Assembly (NCBI GenBank): GCA_951406725.2 | Contig: OX597819.1 | Location: 3,534,001 to 3,598,000, forward strand | DNA: 64,000 bases | Source: Octopus vulgaris | Taxonomy: Eukaryota | Direction: 5' to 3' | The notes under the pieces: generated by a model | What the model saw: only the letters and a program-made list of their open reading frames with translations | What the model was told of the DNA's origin: nothing | The model's database searches: none | Translations under genes and position numbers: made by a program | Shown: piece after piece, positions 11,741 through 25,474 of the stretch | Numbering within the stretch: position 1 is the stretch's first letter | How the letters are laid out: each line of letters begins with the position of its first letter

Positions 11741-12102
11741 ATCCTGTAACAGGCCGCGTCCCGTTGAGATTGGGTAACTGGCCTTGTGGGTTCTAATGCC
11801 CCAAAATTAAAATAAAACTCTCAAATAAACTTTCCACTCAGACATGAATACTCTCTGTAATGCTACCTCAATCTTACTAGCTATCCTTATCACCTCGTAT
11901 TTATAACTAGATGTGGCAAACCCAACTTTATCATTGGTTTTAATATTATCACAATCATCGCTTATGCTGCGGATTTGATCAATTTTCCTGGAAGCTCTAG
12001 CATCCCTTTCTTTCATACCGAATCTTGCTTTGTGTTAAAATACTCTTTCAAAAACCTCCCCCACCTTCACAAAGACTGCTAAATGCCATATTCTCTATGT
12101 AA

Positions 12103-12500
12103 TCTTTATATATAAAAGTGAAGTTGTGTGTCTGTCTCCTACGATTTAGATTCCTAACTACTCCCACATTTTGCGGTGCAGTTTAACCAAAACCGGGTAT
12201 CTTATAGTAGTGATTCATATCGAGCCCTTCTGGGTATTAGCGCGCGTCTACGATGAGTCTACGATTTAAAAAAAAAATTACCATAATTTTTTTCCATTTT
12301 AATGCATTTTTCGCTATTATATAAGGGTAGTAACTCTCTAAAAAATGTCTACGATGAGGCAACGATTTTAAAAAAAATTTACCATAATTTTTATTCCATT
12401 TTTAATGCATTATTTTGCTATTTTTTGGCTATAACTCTCTAAAAATGCTTATATAGTTATTTCCCTTACAAACCCGAGCAACGCCGGGCGATACTGCTAG
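12103..12500 (+). mobile_element. Non-autonomous Helitron
   Basis: A|TC 5' end (tctttatatataaaagtg), subterminal hairpin cccgagcaacgccggg, CTAG|T 3' end, no TSD. Confidence 0.9.
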
Positions 12501-12699
12501 TTATATTTAAAAGAACAAAGATGATCGTAATCTGGGCAGATTAATTGCCTACAGATTCCAAGCGAAATAGCAATAAAAACGTCTTTTTCTGACACTATCT
12601 TATAATACGCTTCAATTCATCATGTTACCTTTCAGTTTCTCTCTGATTCCAATCATATTGCTCTTCACTGTTCTATGACATTTTCTCGCATGATCCAAA

Positions 12700-13420
12700 G
12701 TGCATTCCCGAAGTTTTAAGACTTTCTCAGGAGAGACATTTATTAATTTCAAAGAACTACAAAACTCTAATCTCATTCAAAGTAGGATCCTCTGGTTACA
12801 ATGCACCTGGTGTTGTGCTCCAGCCACTTTTTGAAGGCTCCATAGAATTCCCTCCAAAGTGAAGATGTTCAGGACCTTTGTATTAGCCGCCTTCATCTTC
12901 AAACGACAGCTTCTGAGGTTCCCGTTCAGCTTGGGGTATAACCAAGTCACATGGAGCAAGGTATAGACTGTAGGAATGGCGAGAGACAGTCTTGATGCAA
13001 ATCTTTGTCAAATAGTTGGTTACCAGGATTCTCGTCACTGGGCACTCTAGGAACAAACTTTGCACACATTTTGTGCATGTTCAGATCTCCATGAATAATT
13101 CCGTGTACAGCTGCCAATTCCAAACTGTATGCTTATTGTCTTTTAGACACACGACGGTCTTCATTCGGAAAATTGCAAATTAATCGACCAACTCTGATGT
13201 TCTGGCGTCCCTCTCCTTTGAACACTTCTCATCGTTCCTCACCTCTCTTTATCGTCGTTGAAGCTCTTGTGCCAGCGCAAAGGTTAATTTAAAAGCGGTC
13301 CGGAGCGTTGCATAAGTTTCTGTCCTGCTTTTACTCAGTTTAACACAAAACTCCACGTTCCGACTGCTTTCCGCAAACTAGTTAGCAGTGACAAGCAGGG
13401 TTAAGCAGGTTGTGCGTACT
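12700..13420 (-). mobile_element. Internally deleted, decayed mariner transposon
   Basis: Fragments VEFCVKLSKSRTETY, IHGDLNMHKMCAKFVPRV, HSYSLYLAPCD (HPPYSPDLAPCD-like) and KWLEHNTRCIVTRGSYFE. Confidence 0.85.
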
Positions 13421-13421
13421 T

Positions 13422-13813
13422 TTCATTTATGTGTATCAGTCATTTGACTGCGGCCATGCTGGAGCACCGCCTTGAAGAGTTTTAGTCGAACAAATATACA
13501 ACAGGACTCATTTTTTAAAGACTAGTACTTATTCTATCGGTCTTTTTTGCTCAATTATTAAGTTACGGGGACGGAAACACACCAACGTCGGTTGTCAAGC
13601 GGTGGCGGGGGACAAACACAGATACAATGGCACACACACACACAAACACACACATACGACGGGCTTCTTATAGTGTCCGTCTACCAAATCTACTTACAAG
13701 GGTTTTGTCGGTTCGAGGCTATAAAAGAAGAGACTTGCCCAAGGCGTCATGCAGTGGGACTGAATCTGAAACCATGTGGAGCAGGGTTCCCACCACACAG
13801 CCACGCATGCGCC
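13422..13813 (-). mobile_element. SINE family A
   Basis: Tail cagtcatttgactgcggccatgctggagcaccgcc through head ccacacagccacgcatgcgcc. Confidence 0.88.
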
Positions 13814-13837
13814 TAAAATTACAATAACTAAAATTAC

Positions 13838-14178
13838 AACAAGAGCACTCAGAGAGCGCAAATCCCCGCCAAGGCAACACCAACGTCCTCTCTAAGATTA
13901 GCCAGAGATGATTTTTAAAATGAGAATATCTGAAATAAACTCGACTGCTTTTACAAACGAGAATACTAAAAGAAAAAAACCGGAAAAATAATCCAGAATC
14001 CTTGTTTGTCACCAGATCGATTCCAAAATCTAATCAGTTCGTGCCAGTCACGAGGTCAAATATCCCTGAAAGTTTCATCCGAATTCATCCGGATGTTCTT
14101 GAGATATATTGTCCATGGACAAACAAACTAACGCGATTGAAAACATTACCACGGCTTTCGCTAAGGCGGAGGTAATAA
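13838..14178 (-). mobile_element. Helentron-associated non-autonomous element (HINE/DINE-1-like)
   Basis: Minus strand starts ttattacctccgcc and ends ccttggcgggg-atttgcgctctctgagtgc-tcttgtt: subterminal inverted repeats plus a 3' stem-loop with T-rich termini. Confidence 0.75.
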
Positions 14179-15149
14179 TCTAGGACATTTATAACTGTTT
14201 CTCTTAATATACTCTGAAAACTTTTGGAATGCATCTTGTAGGTTCGAAAACCATTTCTGAATGGAAACCTTTAACTATTTGCTTGTCCAAAGCATTTTTA
14301 TAAGTTTGTCCTAAACCTCCATGCTTGTTTTCAGACTTTTAATTAGCCCTTGTTTCATACATCCTAATTTATGTTTTCATTTCGCAAGTCCCAAGTTAGT
14401 CTGGTGGTTAAATAAAAATTGGGAATGTGTATCATATGTGATACATGGACCTCATGGAAATATGTTTTATGTATCACATGTGAAATACAGAACCAAATGT
14501 TAGATGACTCGTTCATTAGTAACAACATTTACTTTAAAAAATCACTTAACTGTGCTACTAGTAGTGAAGGACTCATGGTTTAAATCGTCATAACAATTTA
14601 TGTTTAAGTCAAGTGTAGCAACGGTGAACAACATATCTTGGAAACTCATCCTGACTTCAGTGGTCAAACAATTACCGATTATAGGCACCAGCATGAGTTT
14701 GTTATTAAGAAGTTCGTTTTGCAATTACGTGGTTTCGATTTCAATTCTACGGCATGGTTCCTCCGGGCAAGTGTATTCTACCATAGCTCTGGGCCGGCCA
14801 CTGCTTTTTCAAGAGACTTTTGTTGACGAAGATTTTGTGGAAGCTTGTCATATATATAAATGAATGTGTGTTAGGGTGTGCGATTGCGTGGTGCGCATTG
14901 AAGATTTTCTGAGTTTCACGCGATGTTACAACTTGAAGTCTAAAGTTTGTGAATGTTTCTCGTGCATAAACTCGAAATTGGGATGTCACATACATGGTTG
15001 CATACATACATACATACATACATACATACATACATACATACATACATACATACATACATACATACATACATACATAAATGCATACGTGTGTGTGTGTAAA
15101 TTCATATATAAACCTGGGGTATTTGGAAACCAGTTATAAACAGTAATCT

Positions 15150-16200
15150 CAACTAAAAACTAAGGTTTTCTATAATATCAGCATGATTGCAGTCATGTGA
15201 AGAAGTTCGCATGATGTTCCCTGTGAGATATATGCAAACAAAGGTCGGTTTGGTAATGTGTATGACGGAAAACGCATAATTTGACATAATTCTTACTAAG
15301 TCCTGTATTGTGTTAGAGCCGTTAATTGATTTATTATCATGTGTTAAATAATTTGCGCTTTTGTTTATGTACTCCGTATTTAAGAACCCAGAATTTCGTT
15401 GCATTTCAATGCAAAATATGAAATTTAATTCATATTTTGATTTGCTCTTTGATAGATTAGGCTTAGTATACTTTGAAATGTATCGGCAGTTCTGATTTCC
15501 ATTTATATATTTGTGACATCGTTAGATTGGCTGAGAGTACCTGTGCGTTTATACTTGATAGTGTGTTGGTAAATAAGAGCGACTGAGGGACTGTGCTTAT
15601 TAAGATGACTCAGACCGTTGGCTGTAGCAGAAAGATTTATAATCAGTAAAATGACAAAGAGCTATACACCGAACGTTTCAGTGATGCCACGACCTCTTAA
15701 TCTATGACAGATGATGAAACTTGCCATCAGCTTTAGCAAAATTAAGGAATATGCAGTTAATATCCACAACCTCGTCCTCTTAAAAAACTATCCTGTGTAT
15801 TATCTAAGAGGTCGCATTCCTCGAACTAGTTAATAATTCTCTTTTAGGCAATGAGTTCTAAATTCTTAGACGTGTGAGATGAAAGAGAAATTAGGTTTGT
15901 AACTTTTAACCTTGGCACTACCACCTCATTTGTGGTGTGGATATGCAACTTCTTTCAGTATATCTGTAAATACGCTGGTCAGTAGAGTGTTTTGACAATA
16001 GCATCTTTAATGGGATAGTAAGGCTATTTTGTGCGGAGTTTTTGAAAGTATGACAAGGAGACGCCAGTCCTGGTGTAAACTTTGAGGCTGAATCTTTAAT
16101 AATCACGGTCACAACATCTCCCGTGATATCAATGGCTTCTAAAAGTGTTTCCGTTGTTGAGTTTTGCAAGTTGAAAACTCTTTTTGACTTAGCACCATTT
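15150..16200 (-). mobile_element. Decayed CR1/L2-type LINE reverse transcriptase
   Basis: Ordered motif remnants: P.HK*GGSAKVKSYKP.SLSSHTSKNLELI; VDINCIFLNFAKA; STVPQS; IQDLVRIMS..F..HI. Confidence 0.75.
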
Positions 16201-16626
16201 TTTGAGCATCGTGTATGAAAAAGAAATGCTGTACTGCTGTTTCAACGATTCGCTATGGTTTCTTAGTACCTCATACATTCTGATCTATTAAAATATTAGA
16301 GGAACAACTTTATTACGGGTGGATGCTTCGGAAACAAAATTTTGTTGAAAATAGGCAACTTCATACTGAACATATTTTTGACAGATCTCGTTTTTGTCTC
16401 TCTATAAAGATTGTCGTAAATATTGAAGCTGTAAATACAATGACACAAATATGTATTTACATTATGTATGTATGTGTGTTTGTGCGTGTGTGCGTGCGTG
16501 TGCGTGTGCGTATGTATGTATGTATGTATGTATGTATGTATGCATGAATGTATGAGTATTTGTGTATGTGTATGTATGCATGTATGCATGAACGCATGTA
16601 TGTTTGTATGTGTGCATGTGTTTAAA

Positions 16627-16660
<34 letters not shown>

Positions 16661-17955
16661 AATGTGTGTGTGTGAGTGTGTTTGTGCGTATAAACATATA
16701 AGTCTACATATGTCACTACTTGCGCGGTTTATATGCATGCTATGTATATGTGTGTGTGTGAGAGTGTATTAATTGTATTAATACTTTATTTCGTGTTTTC
16801 GCTTGGCTAAACATGCATACCATGTATAATGTACATAGATATTTATTTAATTAGCCTGGCGTCAGAAAGTCAGTTTCGATTAAATAGCTTAATAAATAAG
16901 ATTTCTGATGCACTAGCCTAACAGTTATTTATTTAAATTATATTCTAGATACTATTCGCTATTTTGTTAGATACGTTAGGTTTTTAAATCTATCTATAAT
17001 TAAATGTATGACAAATGTCTTTTCGGAAATGGGCCTTTCGAAATATTGCAAATGAAAAATTGAAAGCGCGGTAAAGAAAAAAAACAAAAACGATTGAAAC
17101 ATCGTGACTATTAATTGTTTGATAAATATATCTGATTATATTAACTGAATGACGATACATACATACATACATACATACATACATACATACATACATGCAT
17201 GCATGCATGCATGCATACATACATACATATATACATACATACATACATACATAAGTATGTACGTACGCACGTGCGTGTGTTTGTGTATGTGTATGCATAC
17301 AAGAAAATGTACTTAATAAATATTGTAATGTCGTTTATTTAAATGAACGTCCGTTTTGCTCAATTGCTACTCAGATTTACGCCTTTTGTTTATTCAGCCA
17401 AAATTATACGACAAAACTATGGCGATAGGAAAAGGAATTTTTCAAACACATTTGCTTAGTTCCTTCAGATCATGTGATTTTGAAAGTTTGTGCCTTGATA
17501 GAACTATATGATATGACGAGAGGCAGTTTCAATTTACGTACGGCGACGGTTTTCTTGATTTCTTCGGAGGAAATCGTTACAAATGGATCTTGTACATAAA
17601 TGGCAATTTCTTGCTGCCAATACCAGTGAACCAATCTTGACGAAACTTTGCACACATGTTAAACTAACATCCAGTTCAGTTATAGGCTAATTAGATTTCA
17701 ATAAAAATCTATAATGGGTCCCCTAGTGAGATGGGATATTATTTGATATAATGAGAAGGTTGCAGAGTGTTACTGTGAGGGAAATGTAGTGGCATAGTGA
17801 GTGTGGATGATATCAGGGAAGAGGAGAACAGTGTTGTGTAAGCGACAAATATGGAGCGGCAGTGGTATGATATCGTTTTTACAGCTGTCATTCACGGATA
17901 AACACGTGACGCTGCATACATACTTTCGTAAATATATAGATACATGCATACACAC

Positions 17956-18012
<57 letters not shown>

Positions 18013-18144
18013 ACACACATGCACATACATATTACTAGCTTTTAAAACGCCGATGGAGGGTGTGAAGAATATGTAGCTTTAAGGAGAGAGGGGGTAGGCG
18101 GATTTTCTGCTGTCCATCGCAATGAAGCACTAACAGCAGACACG

Positions 18145-18198
<54 letters not shown>

Positions 18199-18536
18199 TA
18201 TACATACATACGTACATGCATAAATACATACATACATACATGCATACATATGTCTACTACACACCATTTTAAACTCATGATTACCTGTGTGCACGTTTGT
18301 AAATGTGCGTGTATGTGTGTGAGTGTGTGTTTGCGCGTGTGTGATGTTTTATAACTCTCGGTCTCCCTACTTTTGTAGGGCCTTCAAATTTTGTGAAATT
18401 TTAAAGTTAAGTGAAAATTTTCAAATTTGGTATTTTGAAATAATTTTTCACGTTAAATCCGATTCAGTTACTTATTTGTTCTGGAAAAATTGAAGAAAAA
18501 TGTTACTGTGGTTTAAATTTAATTCAATTTTACCTA

Positions 18537-18699
18537 GGCGCAGGAGTGGCTGTGTGGTAAGTTACTTGCTTACCAACCACATGGTTCTGGGTTCAGTCCT
18601 ACTGCGTGGCACCTTGAGCAAGTGTCTTCTACTATAGCCTCGGGCCGACCAAAGCCTTGTGAGTGGATATGGTAGACGGAAACTGAAAGAAGCCCGTCG

Positions 18700-18745
<46 letters not shown>

Positions 18746-19215
18746 TGTGTGTGTTTGTGTGTCAGTGTTTGTCCCCCTAGCATTGCTTGACAACCAATGC
18801 TGGTGTGTTTATGTCCCCGTTACTTAGCGGTTCAGCAAAAGAGACCGATAGAATAAGTTCTGGGCTTACAAAAGAATAAGTCCCGGGGTCGAGTTGCTCG
18901 ATTAAAGGCGGTGATCCAGCATGGCCGCAGTCAAATGACTGAAACAAGTAAAAAGAGTAAAAAGAGTATATATATATATATATATATATATGCATATATG
19001 TGTGTGTGTGTCAGTGTGTTGTGTTTGTCCCCCCACCATCGCTTGACAACCGATGCTGGTGTGCTTACGTCCCCGTAACCTAGTGGTTCGGCAAAAGAGA
19101 ACGATAGAATAAGTACTTGACTTACAAAGAATAAGTCCTGGGGTCGATTTTCTCGACTAAAGGCGGTGCTCCAGCACGGCCGCAGTCAAATGACTGAAAA
19201 AGTAAAAGAATAGAA
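18537..19215 (+). mobile_element. SINE family A: full copy plus a tandem 3' half (another 3' half at 19600-19840)
   Basis: Head at 18537, tail at ~18960. The post-microsatellite half is repeated at 19003-19215. Confidence 0.9.
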
Positions 19216-19580
19216 TAAATGAATAATCAGAAAACAGGATTTGGGAGCTATCATTTCCTGCATGAAATGAAAGCAAAATCTATCACGAAATGAAAGCAAG
19301 ATCATTAGGAGGATGAATTTTTATCAAACAAACGAAAGCAACGCATTACGCCGACCAAAGTTGTAAGAGGTTCTAAAGTTTTAATAAGTTTAAATGAATA
19401 AAGTCATGTGAAACGGTCGAACAGACACGTAAATAATTTAAAAAGAAAAAAAAATCCTCAACGAAGATTTTTTGGCGAAAAATTGCACAAATCTGTCCTA
19501 TTCAAGAGGCTTGTTTTTTGGGGAAGGCATGGGAATAAACAAAAATTTATATGACATTCTATTGTAAAAAGTACCCTTCG

Positions 19581-19616
<36 letters not shown>

Positions 19617-19840
19617 CGTGTGCGTGTGTGTGTGTATTTGTGTGTCTGTGTTTGTCCCCACAACATTGCTTGACAACAGATACTGGTATGTTTACGTCCC
19701 CGTAACTTAGCGGTTCGGTAAAAGAGAACGATAGAATAAGTACTAGGCGTACAAAGAATAAGTCCTGGGGTCGATTTGCTCAACTAAAGGTGCCCCAGCA
19801 TGGCCGCACTCAAATGACTGAAACAAGTAAAAGAAAAGAA

Positions 19841-19990
19841 TATAGTTCGAATTTACAGAAAACAAAAGACAAAGACAGGTTTGATGCTCGGGAAGAATGG
19901 AAAAGTCTACGCTCTTCGAGAGAAAGGACTGAGAAGAAAAAAATGGAAAGAGAAAAATGTGTAGGGATTATCGGTTCAACACGATGAAGA
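19841..19990 (-). mobile_element. Second copy of the 42480-42760 repeat, with half of its hammerhead deleted
   Basis: Reverse complement reads cctttctctcgaagagcgtag^acttttccattcttcccgagc...taaattcgaactata. Confidence 0.7.
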
Positions 19991-20439
19991 AAAAATGTCA
20001 CAAGCGTTTATGGTTGGAGTGCCTGTAGATATATTCAGTAAAAGACGAATAACGCAAACAAGTTCCAAAATCTTGCAAAACAAATATATAAACGTAAATT
20101 CTTCATTATTTTCAAAATTAATTAAAACAACGCAGCGTATTTCAAAAGAAATTTGATAAGAAATGGGATAAAGAGGGAGTATTCAGTCGCTAAAAATTTC
20201 AAATACTGTCTTTAAAATCGCCCAGATAAATCCCCATTTTCTTTTCTGGAGAATCTTATGTAGAGAGACATAGCGTTGGCAAGTGCCTGCAAATGAAGTC
20301 TTCACTAAAGTCTGTTGTAGATATATTCTGTAGTTTAGAAGAATAGCGAAACAAAACTTTGCTAATGCATTAATAAATTATTTTAATTTGATAGATCCAG
20401 TGAGAAACCATTCTTTTGCTATGTTTCTAGCAGCTCCCT

Positions 20440-20810
20440 TTGTAACTACTTGGTTTCGTGTTCAGTCCACCTGCGCGGCACCTTGGGCAAGTATACCTGT
20501 TATAGCCCAGGCCGACCAATTCCTTGTCAATGAATTTGGTTGATGGAAACTGTGTGCAAGCCCGTGATGTATGTGCGCGTGTGTTTGTATGTGAATGCGT
20601 TTGTGTCTTTATCTCCCACCACCGCTTGACAACCAATGTTGGTTTGTTTACGTCCCAGTAATTTAAAGATTCGGCAAAAGTAATTGATAGAGTATGTACG
20701 AGTTTCAAAAAAAGATGTACTGGGATCGATTTGCTCAACTAAGTCCCTTCAAGATGGTGCTGCAGCATGGCAGCAGTTCAATGACTGAAACAAAATATAA
20801 AAGATAAGAG
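20440..20810 (+). mobile_element. SINE family A, old copy (similar copies at ~14680-14900, 23660-23960, 35540-35970)
   Basis: gcggcaccttgggcaag...gcagcatggcagcagttcaatgactgaaac. Confidence 0.8.
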
Positions 20811-21389
20811 ATACCAAATTACCTCCCACGGGGACTGATCTAACTTCTGTATGCCAATTCTTTCGGCCCCATCTCCTGATATCAAATTATACAAGGGCTG
20901 CTCATTATCTCATTAAAACAAACATACACATACACAAAATGCTGGCTAGCAAATTGTAAGGCCACCAATCCTATGTACTTTACAAAATCAACACTTTGAA
21001 AACTGGCAATGTCCCCTTGCTCCTTTTTGTCAAGCATAACAAACACGATTTTCCCACAGCCACTCTAAGAAATATATACAATATCCTACGCAGTAAACAA
21101 CATAGAACTTGCCACTATTCTACAACACAGCTGCACAACATCTCCAAATTTATATCAATTTCCAAGAAAACTTGCTTATAAAGAACACACCCAAAGTAAC
21201 CCTTACCAAATCTACTGTCCCCGCCCTCATAATTAATACCAGAGGATAACATATACAACCAATCATCATGATCAGCAATATACACCTCTGCGACTTACAA
21301 CCATCAACACTTATGACCACACAAAAAAATCGATAAAAAAAAAATAATCCATTTTCGAACGTTGGGCAGCTGCGTGTACGATAACTATG

Positions 21390-21851
21390 GCAGCATAGTT
21401 TCGAAGCAATGGACCCTGATGTCAAACGCTTTGCAAATGTTGAACGTATCGTTCAAGGTACTGTACGTTATTATCGTAAGATATATGATGGAAAAAGGAA
21501 AAAAAAATTCAAACAAAGCTCACCATGTTCCTCGAAAAACCATTTATCTCAACCTAAGAACACGACTATGGAATTTCAAAATTTATCAATTGCACTTTTT
21601 CGCAAGAGCAATACTTTTTTTATTGTATGTATGCGGAATTTCATTTGTATTAATTTCTACATTAATTTTAGATTGTATTTTCGTTTACAATACAAAACAT
21701 ATGTAGTTTTCAGATTATGTACAATAATTATGGATAAAATTTTTGTGTTTTATACTCTTATAACCCGTTTGAATGAAAATAGTGTTAAAGAATATAAATC
21801 TGACATACGACCAAATCGAACGGAAGTCGGTCGTATGTCGAAGAGAAAGTG
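21390..21851 (+). mobile_element. Tigger/pogo-like transposon, 3' part
   Basis: FEAMDPDVKRFANVERIVQGTVRYYRKIYDGKRKK resembles the Tigger transposase C-terminus. Right end gacatacgaccaaatcg...ggtcgtatgtcgaagagaaagtg|TA. Confidence 0.8.
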
Positions 21852-22016
21852 TAAACATAAACATACCAAATATTCAGGAGACAAAAAATACTAGAAATAA
21901 TATTGATTCCACAGCATTTTTAGCTCAGATGAAAGACAGTGAAGCAAAAACGAGTGCAAGGCTGCAGGGGGCACTGACAGATATCACATTATTACATTTG
22001 ATCAAACAAAGAAATA

Positions 22017-22140
22017 ATGGTGTACAAAATATATGTATTAAATCTTAGATCCGTCCTGGATTATGCCAGTCACGTTTGGGACTTAAATGTCTTTGAAAAA
22101 AAGAAGAGAAACCTAGTGCACATTCCGACTTACGATGGTT
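22017..22140 (+). mobile_element. LINE reverse transcriptase C-terminal remnant
   Basis: YKIYVLNLRSVLDYASHVWD resembles Y...VRP.LEYAS.VW. Confidence 0.45.
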
Positions 22141-22222
22141 ATACAGTTCCATATTTAAGAGATGAGGAATTATGTACATTATTTACAATTGACGGATATT
22201 TGTCCTCGTTATGTTTGTTGTT

Positions 22223-22268
22223 AACACAACGTTTCGGCTGATATGCCCTACAGCCTTTATCAGGTGTC
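22223..22268 (-). ncRNA. Minimal type I hammerhead in Penelope pLTR (G8A mutant)
   Basis: GACAC CUGAUAA A GGCUG-uagggcauau-CAGCC GAAAC GUU GUGUU, with palindromic helix III AACGUU. Confidence 0.75.
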
Positions 22269-22344
22269 TTGGGGAAATTTTGAACCCGGATTCTCATTCC
22301 TAAGGTATTTTTGATATTATTATTATTATTATTATTCAGGTCAC

Positions 22345-22401
22345 TGCCAGGAATCGAACTCAGTTAGTAGCCCGCGCTGTTAACCACTACGCCATATGCC
22401 C
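22345..22401 (-). promoter_or_regulatory. tRNA-like Pol III A/B boxes inside the Penelope pLTR
   Basis: A box TGGCGTAGTGG (22394-22384) and B box GAGTTCGATTCC (22361-22350). Homologous segment at 60697-60741. Confidence 0.6.
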
Positions 22402-24983
22402 GTGGGCCTTTATGGAGTGAATTTTAGGGCTTAGAAATCTAATATTCTCCTATTCTTCCTTAATACCGGTTCCCATATGCTTCTCATATCTGCACTCAGT
22501 CTGCTTAGGAGGTTGTTGTGTCCTAGCATATGTGCTGCTTCTTTTAGTTTTCCTATTTTCCAGTGCTGTTCTCTGTCTATTATTTTAACTTCATGTCTCC
22601 ATTTTTCCATACATGATCAGCTATATCTGATTTATCAATATCTCTCCGTGTCACGGCTTTGCGATGTTCTTCTGCCCTTATTTTGAGGGGGTGGCATGTT
22701 TCGACTTTGTATTACCTACCACAGTTGCATGGGATGGAGTACACACAGTTATTAGTCATATTCTCTTCTGTTGGTGGTTTTACTCGAAGGAGATATTTGC
22801 GAAGTGTTGTATTACTTTTGAAAACTGTTCTGATGTCATATGGGCCGCATGTCTTTTGTATCTTTTCGGAGAGGCCTTTCACATAGGGTAGACAGACTGT
22901 GGACAGTTTATCGGTTTTATCCCCTCTTTTCTCCGTTGTGTTAAGAACAAAACAAGATGAGGAGAAATATCCGTCAACTGTTAATAATATAAATTGCGAT
23001 GGTTAATTGTATGAAGATGAGAGGCAGTGAGTTAGCTGGGCGGCCAAATCGCAGAGTCAATTTTACAACAAGCATAAAATCAACTGGAGATAAAATCAAC
23101 TGCATTAAAGAGTGAAACTTACAATTTCTTGTAATTCAGACTGCCTCGTGATCCGAGTAGACAAAATAGAAAAGACGTTGCCCCGGAAGATGAGTTGGAA
23201 CAATCACTCTGTCCCCCGGGGCTTGCACTTGCGGACAGCAATCTCTACCCCGATAGCAGTGAGCAGGGGTATGTCCCGGAGGTCAAGAACGTCAGAGGTC
23301 TCCACTGCCAGAGGCTCGACCATAAACCTGTCAGAGAATGACCAAGTCAAATTATTTTGAAAGTTCAAGATATGTAGAATAATACTTTGAATTTATTATA
23401 CATAGATAAACCTTTTCTAATCATCTTAGGTTACAGAACCAACAGAATAAGAACATTAAGTCCAGTGATGTTCCTATAGATGAACACAATCCGTTCTGGG
23501 GCTTTGTTTGTTAACAAAATTGTTCGTTACATGAGTAGTTAAAATACATATGAATAGGGGTAGTCTGTTCCATGCCGCACCCAAACTACACAACACGGTA
23601 TGAAATGGTGCTTTATTTGTCCGCATATCAACTTCAAATACACAAATATATACGTGTGTGTTTGTGTGTATGTGTTTGTGTTTGTGTGTATGCGTGTTTG
23701 CATGTATGTTTTTAGCCGAAAATATGAGAAATATTATTTTCAATATAAAATATGAAAATTTTATATCTATAGTTATGTTTTTAGCCGACAGCTGGTGTTC
23801 GTGTGTTTACATCCCCGTGGTTCGGCAAGAGAGAGCGGCGATAAAATAAGTACCAGGTTTAAAAAATAAAATAAGTCGGTTCATTCGACCAAACATTATT
23901 CAAGGTGATGCCCCAGCATGGCTGCAACCTGGTGACTGAAACAAATAAAAGATAAAAGAACTACACAATACTTAATTGCTACCAAAAACAGGTCGCTTTA
24001 TGAAGAGACGAAACTACCTTGGAAAGTTTTAAAATCGGGAATCATGTCGCGAATCCAAAAATAACCTAATATAACAACGAGCACGTGAGAATAAAAACAC
24101 AGTTGATTTAACAAAAGTTTCAAGATGTCGTCCATAAGTATGGAGATATTACAAAGAAAATAATAAGATTGATTGAATGTCTATTTCCGAAGGTAATATT
24201 GGAAAATTAATAATAAAAGCAAATTTTCATTCTCCTCTTATATTAGCAACAACGTTGTTCGTTACTTCCAATAACAATAAATAATTACAAAATATTTCTT
24301 CTTTGAAGGTAGAAATAATACGTATTGAAGACAGTCAATTTTCATTGTCGATTCCCCACACACATAATGTGTGTACATGCATGTACGCGCACGTATCTCT
24401 CTCTCCACACACACACACACGCGCGCGCGTACACAGACACACACGCGTACACAGACACACTGACACACTCATATTCCTGCGGGTCAGCACCGTCCTCAAT
24501 CAAAATACTTGCATGCAAGTCAAAAATAGACAATTACATTGAAAATAATAACTCTGTTTTCTATACAATTCACTCACTGTAAAATGGATTTTGCCATTCC
24601 TCTTTTTTTCTTTTCTTAATTTTTCTATTCCATCTATTTTCAGAATTTCATGTTTAGAATGATTTATTTTAACTCGATCCAGTTGAGTCTATTTATGAAG
24701 AGAGGAAGCCATTGAACAGATGATGTATAGAAGATAAACAAATGAATGCATGCTGACAGAGCAATTTTGTAATAAGTATCTTTTGTGTGAACTACTTTCG
24801 ATCGATCGATCCTGCGACTGCTACGATGAGACATATTTTCTAACGTAAACAACAAGCTCAGCCTTGAACCTGTTTTTATTTTTATATTTCGTATCGGATA
24901 TTAATTAAGTGTCAGTAATGAAGTGGATGCTATTCCAACACAGATTATCGATTAATAGATGCATACGATGGTAAACAGTTTAA

Positions 24984-25032
<49 letters not shown>

Positions 25033-25474
25033 ATTATAATAATTTATGTGATGATGAGAGCCGTTGAGCCGTAGGGCTATGTACAGTGAGCATCTTTGTG
25101 ATCTCAATTTCCATTTACAATAATTTCACTTCACGAAGACCCCCTAATACCTCTTGCAATATACAGTTTTGTAAGCATTCGAAAGAAACCATTGTACAGA
25201 AAGTCTACACAGAATCTTATATCTAATCCATGCTTTATAAACGCCTATGAGGCAACCAAAAACAAAAAAATAGCTCGCAAAATTCAAAAGACCTGTGACT
25301 GTTACTCCTTACGTTTAATCTTTCCACGTTTCTATTTAACAGATAGAAATACATTGTTTGAACAATCATAGCTCTCATAGCTCAATATGGTAATGGTAAA
25401 AATAGCTGAACACGCACTAATGTATTCTCTATATTCATTTTGATACTTTAAAAGACTTTACTACTTTCATTGAA

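Larger units (their letters stand above)
22140..22995 (-). mobile_element. 5'-truncated Penelope-like retroelement: GIY-YIG endonuclease, pLTR and inverted pLTR stub
   Basis: 22905-22431 encodes LPYVKGLSEKI...NCVYSIPCNCGR*YKVETCHPLKIRAEEH...IADHVW...KLKEAAHM. pLTR at 22400-22140. The pLTR end is repeated in inverted orientation at 22935-22995. Confidence 0.9.

Noticed and set aside
15918-16169. hAT transposase-like motif (MRW*CQG*KL resembling VRWLSRGK)
   Set aside because: Another frame gives PxHKxGS...YKPISLxSH and continues into ordered RT motifs, so a CR1/L2 LINE explains it better.
23100-23350. GC-rich island resembling an exon or Tx1/L1 fragment
   Set aside because: No convincing motif in any frame; left unclassified.
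25045-25100. atgatgagagcc...ggct as a hammerhead
   Set aside because: No C3, no GAAA and no helix III.
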